Shown piece by piece: positions 40,054 through 50,002 of a stretch of DNA of 60,032 bases. Location: positions 1 through 60,032 of the IMG/VR virus record IMGVR_UViG_3300024259_000033; one strand, written 5' to 3'. Both the position numbers and the translations under genes were made by a program. Each line of letters opens with the position of its first letter. Position 1 is the stretch's first letter. The notes under the pieces were generated by a model that saw nothing but the letters and a program-made list of their open reading frames with translations, was not told the DNA's origin and searched no databases. This DNA is from a virus. Lineage: Duplodnaviria > Caudoviricetes.

Positions 40054-40554
40054 ATGTTTGAAAATTATTTTGTAACAAGCGATACACATTTTGACCATAA
40101 AAATATTATTAAATATGCAGATAGACCTTTTGATAGTGTAGAACATATGAATACAGTATTAGTTGATAATATTAATGAGATAGTAGGTAAGAATGATATA
40201 TTAATACATTTAGGTGACTTTTCTTTCAATTCTAATAAAGATATGATAAAGGAAGTTGTTAATGAGATTAATTGTAAAAATATTATGCTTTTACTTGGTA
40301 ATCATGACCGTAGTAAATCTATGAGTTTTTGGAATAGTTTAGGTTTGAAAGAAATACATAGATATCCTTTTATAATGAATGAGTTTTTTATATTTAGTCA
40401 CGAACCAATGTTTATGAATGATAGTATGCCTTATGTTAATTTTCATGGTCATATACATCAAAACTCAATAGCAAGTGACAAATTTATAAACTGTTGTGTA
40501 GAAGTTAATGAATATAAACCAATTCGTATATCGGATATTAAATATATTAAATAG
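40054..40554 (+). CDS. Calcineurin-like metallophosphoesterase
   Basis: SDTHFDH, HLGDF, GNHD, SHEP, HGHIH motifs (start 40033 or 40054). Confidence 0.9.
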   Translation: MFENYFVTSDTHFDHKNIIKYADRPFDSVEHMNTVLVDNINEIVGKNDILIHLGDFSFNSNKDMIKEVVNEINCKNIMLLLGNHDRSKSMSFWNSLGLKEIHRYPFIMNEFFIFSHEPMFMNDSMPYVNFHGHIHQNSIASDKFINCCVEVNEYKPIRISDIKYIK

Positions 40555-41372
40555 GAATATAAAATGACTAAGACAGGATTTTACGCTAAAGATAAAGATG
40601 AATTTGAAATTTATCGAGGTAATGATAATAAATTAATGATACATAAAACACAAGGTGAGAATAGATTTAATACTAGTTGTACTAGTAAGATATATAATAA
40701 GATGATTGATAAAGGATATTGTAAAGTTAGAGAAGGGAAATAATCAATGAAGAAAAGAATTATAGTTAGAAAAATTCCAGATATGGAATGAGTATTTGGA
40801 GTTTGTATAAAAATTAAGAATATTATAATAGATGATATAGACTTTAGTTTTAATTATGTTATTGATATAAATAGTGTAAAATATCTTGGGCATTTCACAG
40901 GAAAAACTATAGAAAAGTCTTATTTTACAAAAAATAAATTAGAAAATGGCTATGCTTATGAATTAGCTATGAAAGATATATTGAATATGTATGCTTTCTC
41001 AAATATGATATAAAGAAAAATAACTTATGTTTAATATACAACAAATTGCGATATTATTTATAAGATAATTATAAACTTTAATAGAGGTAGAAAATGAAAC
41101 TTTATGCAGTAGATGGTACAAGTATTGATACAAAAGATTTAACAAAAGATGAATATGCTGAAATATTAAAACTTGGTAAAAATGATGGTATAGGAATTAA
41201 ATTTGAAAGTTTTATTAAAATATGCGGCGAAGATAAAACTACTGATAAAACTAGGAATAATTATTAAGTAAGGTAATGAATAAAGTATTTATATCTAGAG
41301 CAAGGAAAGTTAAAAGATACTTTGTTAGAAGTAAGGATAAAATAAGCTATGATTATAAATAGGAAGGTGTAA

Positions 41373-41661
41373 ATGAAAACAACAGTTGTAAATATAAATG
41401 TAGATAAAGATTATGATGTGTATATTGGTCGTGGTTCTAAGTGGGGGCAATCCATTTAAAATGCTTAATCAATCAGATGAAGAAAGGGATAGAGTTTGCG
41501 ATAGATATGCAGAGCGTTTTTTTTATACAAGTTTAAGTTATTACTTACATGAATTAAAAGGTAAGAGATTGGGATGTTATTGTAAACCTAAGCGATGTCA
41601 TGGTGATTTTTTAGCTAATTTAGCAGATGATTTAGGAGTAGTTGAAAGTAAAGATAAATAG
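41373..41661 (+). pseudogene. DUF4326-like protein, frameshifted at a G5 run
   Basis: ATG 41373 gives MKTTVVNINVDKDYDVYIGRGSKWG. Removing one G at 41443-41447 gives the family motif WGNPF and joins ...LGCYCKPKRCHGDFL. Confidence 0.75.
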
Positions 41662-41669
41662 GAGGAGAA

Positions 41670-42035
41670 ATGAAACAAAAATATATAATAATTATTATGT
41701 TAGTTATGATATTTATTTTAGCAGGATGCGGCGGTACTATAGAAGATGAAAGTATGCCTATATTTATTGCAGGTGAAATTCAAGAAATAAGTGAATTTGG
41801 GAATTCCATACTTGTTTATTCTGAGGCTGAAACAGTTAAGGGATTGATATGGATTGGTATAGATGAGAATACAATTTTCCACCCAGATGTAAATCGTGAT
41901 TTTAATGTTGGTAATTTTATTGAAATTGGTGTAGTGGGTGGTATTGCAGAGTCATATCCAATGCAGGCTCATGCTGATTATATTTATGATAATGAAATGA
42001 TAATAGAACAAAAAGACCAATTAAATAATGTTTAA
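41670..42035 (+). CDS. Lipoprotein (YobA/DUF3221-like OB fold)
   Basis: Signal peptide with LAGC lipobox. GIAESYPMQA motif. Confidence 0.7.
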   Translation: MKQKYIIIIMLVMIFILAGCGGTIEDESMPIFIAGEIQEISEFGNSILVYSEAETVKGLIWIGIDENTIFHPDVNRDFNVGNFIEIGVVGGIAESYPMQAHADYIYDNEMIIEQKDQLNNV

Positions 42036-42109
42036 ATAATATAAATTAAAGGAGACAAAATGAAGTGTAATTGTGATAATAAAAGATGGTTTTTGAGGTA
42101 TAATGCTAT

Positions 42110-42415
42110 ATGGCTTTAATGAACGCAAAAGATGCTTATTTAAAAGCTATGAAGAGAAGAGTAATAGTTTTAGACGAAGTTTTTAATACAATAATAGATA
42201 AAATAGATGGACATGCGGAAGATAAAATAAACTCTGGTTATTTTGTATTAACTATGGATTTATCTAAATTTTGCTATATTGATTATGTTTTTACTAAAAT
42301 CATTAACCATTATGAAGAAAAAGGATTTTATGTAAGGACTAATTGTTATATAAGCCCAACTACAATTGTTCTTGATTGGTCAAAACAAAAGAAATGGTTT
42401 AAGACTAAGAATTAG
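42110..42415 (+). CDS. Hypothetical protein
   Basis: ORF with GAGG RBS. Confidence 0.55.
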   Translation: MALMNAKDAYLKAMKRRVIVLDEVFNTIIDKIDGHAEDKINSGYFVLTMDLSKFCYIDYVFTKIINHYEEKGFYVRTNCYISPTTIVLDWSKQKKWFKTKN

Positions 42416-42496
42416 TATATATAACCTTGACTTTTTGTATAATAAATGATATAATGAATTATAAAGAAAATAGAAATAGAAAGGGAGTATAGAATA

Positions 42497-42892
42497 ATGG
42501 CAATTAGAGATTATAGTAAAGAACTTCGTAAATTGAAAGAGGATTTACAAAAAGAAATTGAAAATGATACAATCACAGAATTAGAATGGGCTGATGCAGA
42601 TTATGATTTAAAACGTACTGTAAGTATTATTCAAAATAAAGATACTGCACTTTGGATTTATGAAGCAATACTTAGTTGGCTTGGTGAAGATTGTGGTTCT
42701 ATTGATTGGCATGATATTGGTACTGCTTTATATGAATATCATAATGATGAAGATTTTGAATTAAATAAAGTAGAAGCAGTTGTTAGTGAGATAAGAAGCA
42801 AGATGTTTAAGGGTAATATTGGATTTTGGTTATTTGAACTGGATAATTGGTGGGATTGGCAAGGTAAAGCATTAGATAGGGAGGAAGATTAA
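42497..42892 (+). CDS. Acidic hypothetical protein
   Basis: Own promoter (TTGACT-N17-TATAAT ~42427) and GGGAG RBS. Confidence 0.65.
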   Translation: MAIRDYSKELRKLKEDLQKEIENDTITELEWADADYDLKRTVSIIQNKDTALWIYEAILSWLGEDCGSIDWHDIGTALYEYHNDEDFELNKVEAVVSEIRSKMFKGNIGFWLFELDNWWDWQGKALDREED

Positions 42893-43112
42893 TGAGTAAT
42901 GTAGGAAAGATAGTTAAATTTGGAGTTCTATTCAAAAGTGTTGGAACGATTATTAAAAAACGTAATGATGGCTATGTTGTTGAAAATAGTCAACATGCTC
43001 GTTATCTAATATCTTTAGATGGAGAAGGGAAGAGCTGGATAGAGTTTAATGAACAGGAGAAAATAAAGTAACTAATAAGAAGTTGGAGAAATAAATTATA
43101 CCTAATAATATT

Positions 43113-43339
43113 ATGGAAGATATAATTGATAGTATATTAGGTAGTTGTAAATCTCTCGCTTCTTTTTGTGAGTTTTTGGCTTTGAACAAGAAGATATAAC
43201 TGATGAGCAATATGAGATGTTAAATGAACAAGGTTTTCTTTGTAATTGTTGTAATTGGTGGTGTTGGAGTGATGAAGAAGGTGGCGTTAATGAAATTGAA
43301 GAGCAAATTTGTAGTCAATGTGCTGAATATGGAGAATAA
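43113..43339 (+). pseudogene. Small acidic Cys-rich (Zn-binding) protein, frameshifted at a T5 run
   Basis: MEDIIDSILGSCKSLASFCEF joins FGFEQEDITDEQ...CNCCNWWC...CSQC if one T is added at 43173-43177. Confidence 0.5.
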
Positions 43340-43341
43340 AG

Positions 43342-43629
43342 ATGTTGGAAAAAATTTTTAATAAAGAAGAGTTTGATATAGATAGTTTAAAGAAGTATAC
43401 CAATGAGAATAAGATTAAACAAACAAAAAAGCTACATAAGAAAATTATGTATTTAATTAATAAAGAAGCTAAAGCTGGATCTTATAAGCTTATTATAAGT
43501 TTTAAACCTAGAGAAATGTGTCTTATAGATTTTCTTCGTAGTAGGTTAGAAGATGACTTCTTTAAAGTAACTGAAACGAAATTTGGTATTGAGATAGAAT
43601 GGGAGTTAGATAAAGAAAAATATCTATAA
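43342..43629 (+). CDS. Hypothetical protein
   Basis: ORF with GGAG RBS. Confidence 0.55.
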   Translation: MLEKIFNKEEFDIDSLKKYTNENKIKQTKKLHKKIMYLINKEAKAGSYKLIISFKPREMCLIDFLRSRLEDDFFKVTETKFGIEIEWELDKEKYL

Positions 43630-43638
43630 AGGAGAAAA

Positions 43639-44187
43639 ATGGGTAATATAAAAATAATTACGAAAGAATTATTTATTGGTGAATATATTAATCAGGAGTC
43701 AGTAGGTAAAACTATTGAAAAAATCACAGAAATTAATTTAGAAGATGATGAAATTAGGCGATTATATGGGGATAAATGTAAAATAAAACCAATCTCATTA
43801 TTTATAAATTCCTATGGTGGAAGTGTTTATGATGGGTTCGCCTTAATAAATGCTTTATTAAATAGCACTACTCCTGTTAATACTATTTGTATTGGTTCAG
43901 CTATGAGTATGGCTTTCATTATCTTTTTATGTGGAAAAGTTAAAATAATGGGGCAGTATAGTACTTTAATGTATCATGAATGTTCTCAGTTTGTTTGGGA
44001 TAAATTAGAAGGTGTAAAGTTAAAAATAGAAGAAGCAGGAAGATTACAAGCTATGATGGATCATATAGTTATATCTAATAGCAAAATTACACAAGATGAG
44101 TTAAATGATATAAAGAAACGAAAAGCTGAATGGTATATTGATATAATTGAAGCAAATAGGTTGGGATTAATGGATAGAGGTATATAG
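43639..44187 (+). CDS. ClpP-like (S14) protease subunit
   Basis: LFINSYGGSVYDG, AMSMA (catalytic Ser), LMYHE (catalytic His). Confidence 0.9.
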   Translation: MGNIKIITKELFIGEYINQESVGKTIEKITEINLEDDEIRRLYGDKCKIKPISLFINSYGGSVYDGFALINALLNSTTPVNTICIGSAMSMAFIIFLCGKVKIMGQYSTLMYHECSQFVWDKLEGVKLKIEEAGRLQAMMDHIVISNSKITQDELNDIKKRKAEWYIDIIEANRLGLMDRGI

Positions 44188-44301
44188 TAGATATTGGTGT
44201 ATTTAAATGACTGGATTAAACAATAAGTTTGCTTGACTTATTGTTTTTTTTATGGTATAATTATATTATAAAGGAAATAAAATTAATAAAAAAGGAATAA
44301 A

Positions 44302-44640
44302 ATGGAATATTATATAATAATAACAGAAGAAATTGGTAAACGTATTGCTATTACAAGAAAAAAATTATGTCTTTCTCGTAGTTTTATTGCACCTAGAATT
44401 GGAATTACACCTAAAGAATTATGTTCTATTGAAAATGGAAATGGTATTGTCACTCATAGAATGTTTGAAGCACTTAATTGGATTACGGGTATAAGCGAGG
44501 AAGAGTTTAGAAATGGATTTAATAATGAGTGGTATGATAGAGTAATTGAAAAACAACTATTTAATATGAAAGGTTATAATATTCATCAATTATATAGTTT
44601 AACAGCATTTAAAAATTTTATAAAAAATGGAACCGATTAA
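44302..44640 (+). CDS. XRE-family HTH DNA-binding protein
   Basis: IGKRIAITRKKLCLSRSFIAPRIGITPKELCSIENG. Own promoter at ~44234. Confidence 0.75.
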   Translation: MEYYIIITEEIGKRIAITRKKLCLSRSFIAPRIGITPKELCSIENGNGIVTHRMFEALNWITGISEEEFRNGFNNEWYDRVIEKQLFNMKGYNIHQLYSLTAFKNFIKNGTD

Positions 44641-45366
44641 AAAATGGTGATGGATATATAACAAGAAGAATATTACGTAAATTGAATAAGGTTTTTAAGT
44701 CAAATGATTTGTTTATATTAGAAGGATATATGAGTTCGGCTTTATTTCTTAGATTAAAAAGAATTTGGATTGCTCAGAAAAGATGGGAAAAACATTATGA
44801 AGATGATAAGTTATTTACATTTTTACTTATGAAAGATTGGAAAGTATAATGAGTGAATATCTTATAACAAAAGAGAGTAAAAAATATTTAAAAAAAGCAT
44901 ATAAGAAATTTAATTGGCGGGGGGGGAAAGACGATTAATTAAGAGATGTGCAAAAATATTAAAATCTTTAATAGAGGAGTAATAAAAGGAAAGAAAGGAG
45001 AAATTAATGAGTGATGATTTATGTACAAAATGTAAAAATAATAAGATTTGTAAATTTGAAGATGGAGTTAAGGATTATATTGAAAATATTGAAAATATTG
45101 ATAGTTTAACTCCTATTTGTCTTACTGTTCTTTTTGAATGTAGATATTATGAACCTAGTTCACATAATAATATTAGAGGTTATTAATTTTGGAGAATAAA
45201 ATTATAACACCACCCCAATTTAGAGATAATATTAATATTGTTGAACAAGATATGGCTTTACATCGTAATAGAATGGAAGTAGTCGGATATATTAATGGTA
45301 TTAATACTATAATGGGAATATTAAACAAAATAATATTTATGGATTGTACTGATAAGGAGAGAAATA

Positions 45367-45639
45367 ATGAATTATATTGGAGTAAAGTTTTTAAACAAAG
45401 ATGAAAATGGTAATTTAGTACCGAGAGGGATTGAATATACTTTTAAAATTGAATTAGATAAACGTATATCTTATATTATTGGGAATACAATAATAATGTC
45501 TAATCAATATCTTGGTAAGGGGCTTTTATTAACCTCTATTATGAATGAAGGACAAGCAGCAAGGAAATATCCTATTGATGGATTAGTAGAATTAAAAGTT
45601 GAAGAATATGACTCTTATGAGAGAATTAAAAATTTATAA
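45367..45639 (+). CDS. Hypothetical protein
   Basis: AAGGAG RBS. Confidence 0.55.
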   Translation: MNYIGVKFLNKDENGNLVPRGIEYTFKIELDKRISYIIGNTIIMSNQYLGKGLLLTSIMNEGQAARKYPIDGLVELKVEEYDSYERIKNL

Positions 45640-45650
45640 AAGAGGTATAA

Positions 45651-45878
45651 ATGAAAGATAAAACTTTAAAAAGTTTAGCTGGGGTAAGGATGCGTAATAG
45701 TGATGGAGTAATGAATCGTATTATTTGTGCACCATCATATAAAGGTGAACAATGGATTGCATTTACTAATGAGGATACTTTGGAAATTTTTTGTTGCCCA
45801 CTAATTGAGTATATTAGTTGCCTACCTCTTAAAAAACAACAAAAATTTAATAAGTTAATTGGGAAATTAACGTTTTAA
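45651..45878 (+). CDS. Hypothetical protein
   Basis: GAGGT RBS. Confidence 0.55.
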   Translation: MKDKTLKSLAGVRMRNSDGVMNRIICAPSYKGEQWIAFTNEDTLEIFCCPLIEYISCLPLKKQQKFNKLIGKLTF

Positions 45879-45892
45879 ACAAGGAGGAAGAA

Positions 45893-46168
45893 ATGATAGA
45901 ACCTAAAATAATTTTCACAGTTGAGGATTTTCTAAAAGGCGGCATTGCTATACATTGTCCTAGTCCTTTTCAATTTGATAAGTTGCTAGATTATATGTAT
46001 ATAAAAGATAATCGTACAGCTTTAAAAACTAAATTATGGTTTGCCCATTGGTTTAGTACTGCTATTGGGTTTAATGTAGAAGATTTAGAGTTTAAAGTAT
46101 TAAGGAAATCAATGTTTCCAGAGGATACTAGAATATTTAAGTTTAAAGAATTATTCTTAAATGATTGA
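45893..46168 (+). CDS. Hypothetical protein
   Basis: AGGAGG RBS, AIHC motif. Confidence 0.6.
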   Translation: MIEPKIIFTVEDFLKGGIAIHCPSPFQFDKLLDYMYIKDNRTALKTKLWFAHWFSTAIGFNVEDLEFKVLRKSMFPEDTRIFKFKELFLND

Positions 46169-46223
46169 CTTTTTCCTTATAAAATGGTATAATTAATTAT
46201 AACGTTGAAAGAAGGTATAAATT

Positions 46224-47033
46224 ATGTTTAATAATTTAAATAGTTTCCATAAAGAAAGCAAGGCGATTATCGGAGATATTTTTAATAAGTATCCATCTTT
46301 AATCACAGCAGTAAGAGCAGATAGTTGGGTAATGAGTGAGTCTGGCTTAAGAACTACTACCATAAATGATATAGAGTTTACTATGGGTGTTGATAGATTA
46401 GTTTTAATACCTAAACATCACAAATATGTTATAAAAATACCATTTAATATACAAGATTTTGATGCGTGTAAATTTGAAATAGAAGTTTATGAGCATGCTA
46501 AAGGTTTAAAAATAGACGGTTGTTTTGCTGAGATAGTACAGTCTGGTAAGTTTAATATAGACATTATTCCTGTTGATATTATCGACTATAGATTTTTAAA
46601 TAGTGTATTCTCGCATGATGGCGATGAATTTGTAGGTCGTTTAGATAATTTTAATGATTTATTTTTAAAACTAAAAGAACTTTATATAGATTGTGTTGTT
46701 AATATAGATTTACCTTATTATTTAGCAGAATATGCTGGAGAAGAAGTGCCAGATGATAATCTTTCTTGTGGTGATTGTGATGGTTGTAATAACGATGAAT
46801 TTGAAAGTTGTACAATAATGACAGCTAGATTAGATACAACTATAAATTATTCATATACAGGGTTACACGATTTAGACCCACACATATATAATATGTTTAT
46901 AGAACAATATGGAATGGATGATTTTCTTTTATTAAGAGAATTATTAAAAGAATATGACTTAACTGATTTTCATAATGGTAATGTAGGATGTTTAAAAAAT
47001 GGTAATATAGTTATTTTAGATTATGCAGCATAG
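46224..47033 (+). CDS. Protein-kinase-like fold protein
   Basis: GVDRLV, YVIKIP (Lys), E helix, DFHNGNVG catalytic loop, VILDYA. Own promoter at ~46165. Confidence 0.7.
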   Translation: MFNNLNSFHKESKAIIGDIFNKYPSLITAVRADSWVMSESGLRTTTINDIEFTMGVDRLVLIPKHHKYVIKIPFNIQDFDACKFEIEVYEHAKGLKIDGCFAEIVQSGKFNIDIIPVDIIDYRFLNSVFSHDGDEFVGRLDNFNDLFLKLKELYIDCVVNIDLPYYLAEYAGEEVPDDNLSCGDCDGCNNDEFESCTIMTARLDTTINYSYTGLHDLDPHIYNMFIEQYGMDDFLLLRELLKEYDLTDFHNGNVGCLKNGNIVILDYAA

Positions 47034-47041
47034 GAGGCGAA

Positions 47042-47236
47042 ATGAATTTAATAATAAGTTTAGTAATGGGCGGTCTAATTATTGTCTTTTTATATTTTAG
47101 TAGATTATTCTATCAATGCTTTAAAGCGATGGATAAATATTCGAATCATGTATGGGAAATAATTATAATAGTAGCAGTATATTTAATTATAATATTGTGC
47201 TTAGTATTTTTAATAATGGGATTGACATTAATGTAA
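47042..47236 (+). CDS. Small two-TM membrane protein
   Basis: Two hydrophobic stretches, AGGAGG RBS. Confidence 0.6.
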   Translation: MNLIISLVMGGLIIVFLYFSRLFYQCFKAMDKYSNHVWEIIIIVAVYLIIILCLVFLIMGLTLM

Positions 47237-47297
47237 TTCTTTATTATAAAGTTTAAAGAGTGCTTATTATTATAAGCACTCTTTTTAATTGGAAGAG

Positions 47298-47326
47298 TTG
47301 ACTTTTGACAGAAAATATGGTATAAT
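47298..47326 (+). promoter_or_regulatory. Promoter of tRNA array
   Basis: TTGACT-N17-TATAAT with extended TG. Confidence 0.8.
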
Positions 47327-47352
47327 TATATTATAAGATAGGATAGAAGTTT

Positions 47353-47427
47353 AGGCGAGTGGTGTAATCGGTAACACATGACACTTTGACTGTCACATAC
47401 ATAGTTCAAGTCTATGCTCGCCTACCA
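47353..47427 (+). tRNA. tRNA-Gln(TTG)
   Basis: AGGCGAG/CTCGCCT acceptor, TGACA-CTTTGAC-TGTCA anticodon arm, CCA. Confidence 0.9.
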
Positions 47428-47439
47428 AAAGAGGTTAAT

Positions 47440-47703
47440 ATGATTAAGAGAACAGCTAGGGAAACAATTGAGGTAATAGAAAATGGAGAGATAGTAAGTA
47501 AGACTACTAGGAATATAGAGGAAATTGATGATAGTGCATATCAATCGCTTTTCCCTTTTCATTATCGTGATGTATTAAATCCCTTTAAAGAGTTGGATTG
47601 GAATATACCTAAGCCAACTTGTAAGGAAGATGAAGTAGCTAAATATGGTAGTTCAACAGGTGATAAAGTACATATAAAGCCAGAGACTACGAGTAAATTG
47701 TAA
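47440..47703 (+). CDS. Hypothetical protein
   Basis: True start is ATG 47440 (GAGG RBS) after tRNA-Gln. Confidence 0.55.
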   Translation: MIKRTARETIEVIENGEIVSKTTRNIEEIDDSAYQSLFPFHYRDVLNPFKELDWNIPKPTCKEDEVAKYGSSTGDKVHIKPETTSKL

Positions 47704-47843
47704 AATATTTAGTAAAAAGGCGGTTTTAATTTGAGTATTAATATTATATAATTAATATATTATATAATCACTATTATTATGTACATATTTATCTACCATG
47801 TTGTAGAATAAGAATCCAAGGCTCGCAATGCGTTTCTCGGTTT

Positions 47844-47918
47844 GCCGAATTAGTTTAATAGGTAAAACAATAGTTTTGTACTCTATAAACGAGGGTTTGA
47901 ATCCTTCATTCGGCTCCA
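47844..47918 (+). tRNA. tRNA-Thr(TGT)
   Basis: GCCGAAT/ATTCGGC acceptor, TGT anticodon, TCCA end. Non-canonical T loop TTTGAAT. Confidence 0.8.
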
Positions 47919-47944
47919 ACTAAATTATAAAGAAAGGAAAAATA

Positions 47945-48337
47945 ATGAAAGAATATTTTGAAGGATATGTAAGTACAGAACCAGAGGATGTAAACGAACC
48001 AACTAATAAAGATATAAAAAGTAGTAGATTAAAGAATAGTTATACTTTAAGTGGTTCTTATAGTAATAATAGCAAGAGAAAAGACAATATAATTTTAACT
48101 ACAATAGCTATAGTTAGTATAATAATAGGATACCTATCATCTTATATTTTAACATGGGGAGTCTTAGTCGATTATTTTAATACTATTAATCCTATGTTTA
48201 ATATAGTTTTATTATTAATTTATATAGGTATGGGATTCATTATGTCATTAACCGCTTTAGTCATACTTGGTTATATTTGGGCATTTATTTGTTGGATAGG
48301 ACATATTATAAGGAAAAAGAAAAATATAGGAATGTAG
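47945..48337 (+). CDS. Membrane protein (two TM helices)
   Basis: Hydrophobic C-terminal half, AAGGA RBS. Confidence 0.65.
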   Translation: MKEYFEGYVSTEPEDVNEPTNKDIKSSRLKNSYTLSGSYSNNSKRKDNIILTTIAIVSIIIGYLSSYILTWGVLVDYFNTINPMFNIVLLLIYIGMGFIMSLTALVILGYIWAFICWIGHIIRKKKNIGM

Positions 48338-48657
48338 CTAAATGGTTAAGGCACTCTTCCACGAATATTCAAGCAGTAGTAGACAAACCTACCTGTATTA
48401 CATGTGGTGTTGAAATATCCTCACGTAACTTGAAGTACTGTATCAAATGTGCTGGTGCTATTAGAAGAAAAGCTGAAAGACCAAGCCCAATACAATTAAA
48501 AGAGTTGATTAGATTGCAACCGTTCACTACTATTGCGGCACAATTTGGTGTTAGTGATAATGCAATACGAAAATGGTGTAAACTATATAATTTACCATCA
48601 ACAAAAAGAGAAATAAATAGCTATTCAGATAATGAATGGAAAAATATAGGGACATAA
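48328..48657 (+). pseudogene. tRNA 5'-half remnant fused to a C-terminal Zn-finger/HTH fragment of a homing-endonuclease-like gene
   Basis: AGGAATGTAGCTAAATGGTTAAGGCA (acceptor plus D arm), then CITC..CIKC and FTTIAAQFGVSDNAIRKWC with no good start codon. Confidence 0.55.
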
Positions 48658-48721
48658 TGTAATGGGAACATGTCTCTCTGATAAGGAGGCTTTCCAAGTT
48701 CGAATCTTGGTATCCCTACCA
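48648..48721 (+). tRNA. tRNA-Ile(GAT)
   Basis: AGGGACA/TATCCCT acceptor, CTGATAA loop, GTTCGAATC, CCA. Confidence 0.8.
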
Positions 48722-48772
48722 AGTGATATGGTGTTAATAAAATGAAATAATTATAAATTATGGAGGTTTATT

Positions 48773-49111
48773 ATGGCTTATGAAAATGGCAAACAAGTAA
48801 ATAGATATGCTAACAAAATAGAACATAAACGCAGACAATGGGAGAAGTGCTTTAGCCCGCAATGTTCTTTCTTTCCAGTTAAATTTATGTCTTTGTTCCC
48901 AGAAGATTACTGGTTAGATGAAAATAAACAAGTAGAATATTGGAGAGCATATGATTATTCTACTAACAGAGTATTCGCAAAAAAGCAAACAAATAAAAGA
49001 TTGCGACAAGATAATAGGAAATTAAATGATACTCTTTATTATGAAAATTTCCCAAATTATCAACATGGACAATTTCATAAACAATTTGATTATTGGTGGG
49101 CTGTTTATTAA
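48773..49111 (+). CDS. Hypothetical protein
   Basis: GGAGG RBS, 112 aa. Confidence 0.65.
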   Translation: MAYENGKQVNRYANKIEHKRRQWEKCFSPQCSFFPVKFMSLFPEDYWLDENKQVEYWRAYDYSTNRVFAKKQTNKRLRQDNRKLNDTLYYENFPNYQHGQFHKQFDYWWAVY

Positions 49112-49124
49112 ACAGCCTATATAT

Positions 49125-49201
49125 GCATCATTGACTTAGTTGGTTAAAGCAAGACACTTTTAATGTCGAGATCCAAGGTTCGAATCCTTAATGATGCACC
49201 A
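49125..49201 (+). tRNA. tRNA-Lys(TTT)
   Basis: GCATCAT/ATGATGC acceptor, CTTTTAA loop, CCA. Confidence 0.85.
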
Positions 49202-49324
49202 GCACCAGACTGATCAACTGGCTCTAATATTATTCGGGATATTAGATGGGACAAAACGTACATATTCGTCGTTTCTCTAAGTTTTGGTATTTATACCGAC
49301 TTTATTTTTCAGAATATGTAATTT

Positions 49325-49400
49325 GGGAAGTTCGTATATTTGGTATGTACATTCGGTTGAAGCCCGAGCGGTTGAGGTTCGACTCCTTGACTTCCCACCA
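49325..49400 (+). tRNA. tRNA-Phe(GAA)
   Basis: GGGAAGT/ACTTCCC acceptor, TTGAAGC loop, CCA. Confidence 0.85.
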
Positions 49401-49405
49401 TTTAT

Positions 49406-49479
49406 GCTCTGTTAGTTCAAAGGTAGAACACTCGGCTTACATCCGAGAGATAATAGTTCGAATCTATTACGGAGTACCA
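49406..49479 (+). tRNA. tRNA-Val(TAC)
   Basis: GCTCTGT/ACGGAGT acceptor, CTCGG-CTTACAT-CCGAG, CCA. Confidence 0.9.
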
Positions 49480-49589
49480 GACGGTTTCACTTATCGTGAA
49501 CAAAGTGCGTGAAAGATAAATATAGTTGCAACTATATAGATCCAATGGGTGGTAGCAAGCAGTAACACGTAAAACAAACTATCACGCGT

Positions 49590-49665
49590 ACCAGTATAGT
49601 AGTAAATGGGAAAACGACGGTCTCCAAAACCGATATTCTAGGTTCGAGTCCTAGTACTGGTGCCA
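49590..49665 (+). tRNA. tRNA-Trp(CCA)
   Basis: ACCAGTA/TACTGGT acceptor, CTCCAAA loop, GCCA end. Confidence 0.85.
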
Positions 49666-49675
49666 AGTGTATTTA

Positions 49676-49704
49676 TTGACTTTTTCTTAAAAAAATGATA
49701 TAAT
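49676..49704 (+). promoter_or_regulatory. Sigma-A-type promoter
   Basis: TTGACT-N17-TATAAT. Confidence 0.75.
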
Positions 49705-49789
49705 TATATTATATAAGTGATAAAAATTATAAAAAGGAGTAACCAAGAAGGAAAAAAGATATTATAAAATATACAGAGAAAGAATATAT

Positions 49790-49865
49790 GCGTCTATAGC
49801 TCAGCGTATAGAGCACTTGACTACGAATCAAGAGGGCATAGGTTAGAATCCTATTAGACGCCCCA
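49790..49865 (+). tRNA. tRNA-Arg(ACG)
   Basis: GCGTCTA/TAGACGC acceptor, CTTGA-CTACGAA-TCAAG, CCA. Confidence 0.88.
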
Positions 49866-49887
49866 ATATTCCTCTTAGGACTACCAT

Positions 49888-49963
49888 AGATCTATAGCTT
49901 AACGGATAGAGCAACATTCTTCTAAAGTGTCAGATGAAGGTTCGAATCCTTCTAGGTCTACCA
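49888..49963 (+). tRNA. tRNA-Arg(TCT)
   Basis: AGATCTA/TAGGTCT acceptor, CTTCTAA loop, CCA. Confidence 0.88.
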
Positions 49964-50002
49964 AAATTATAATTATAAATTAATATAAGAGGAGGCATAA
50001 TC

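Noticed and set aside
49246-49512. 88-aa ORF in the track
   Set aside because: Overlies tRNA-Phe and tRNA-Val.
49866-49886. TTCCTCTTAGGACTACCA as a tRNA
   Set aside because: At most a 3'-end remnant, too short to call.
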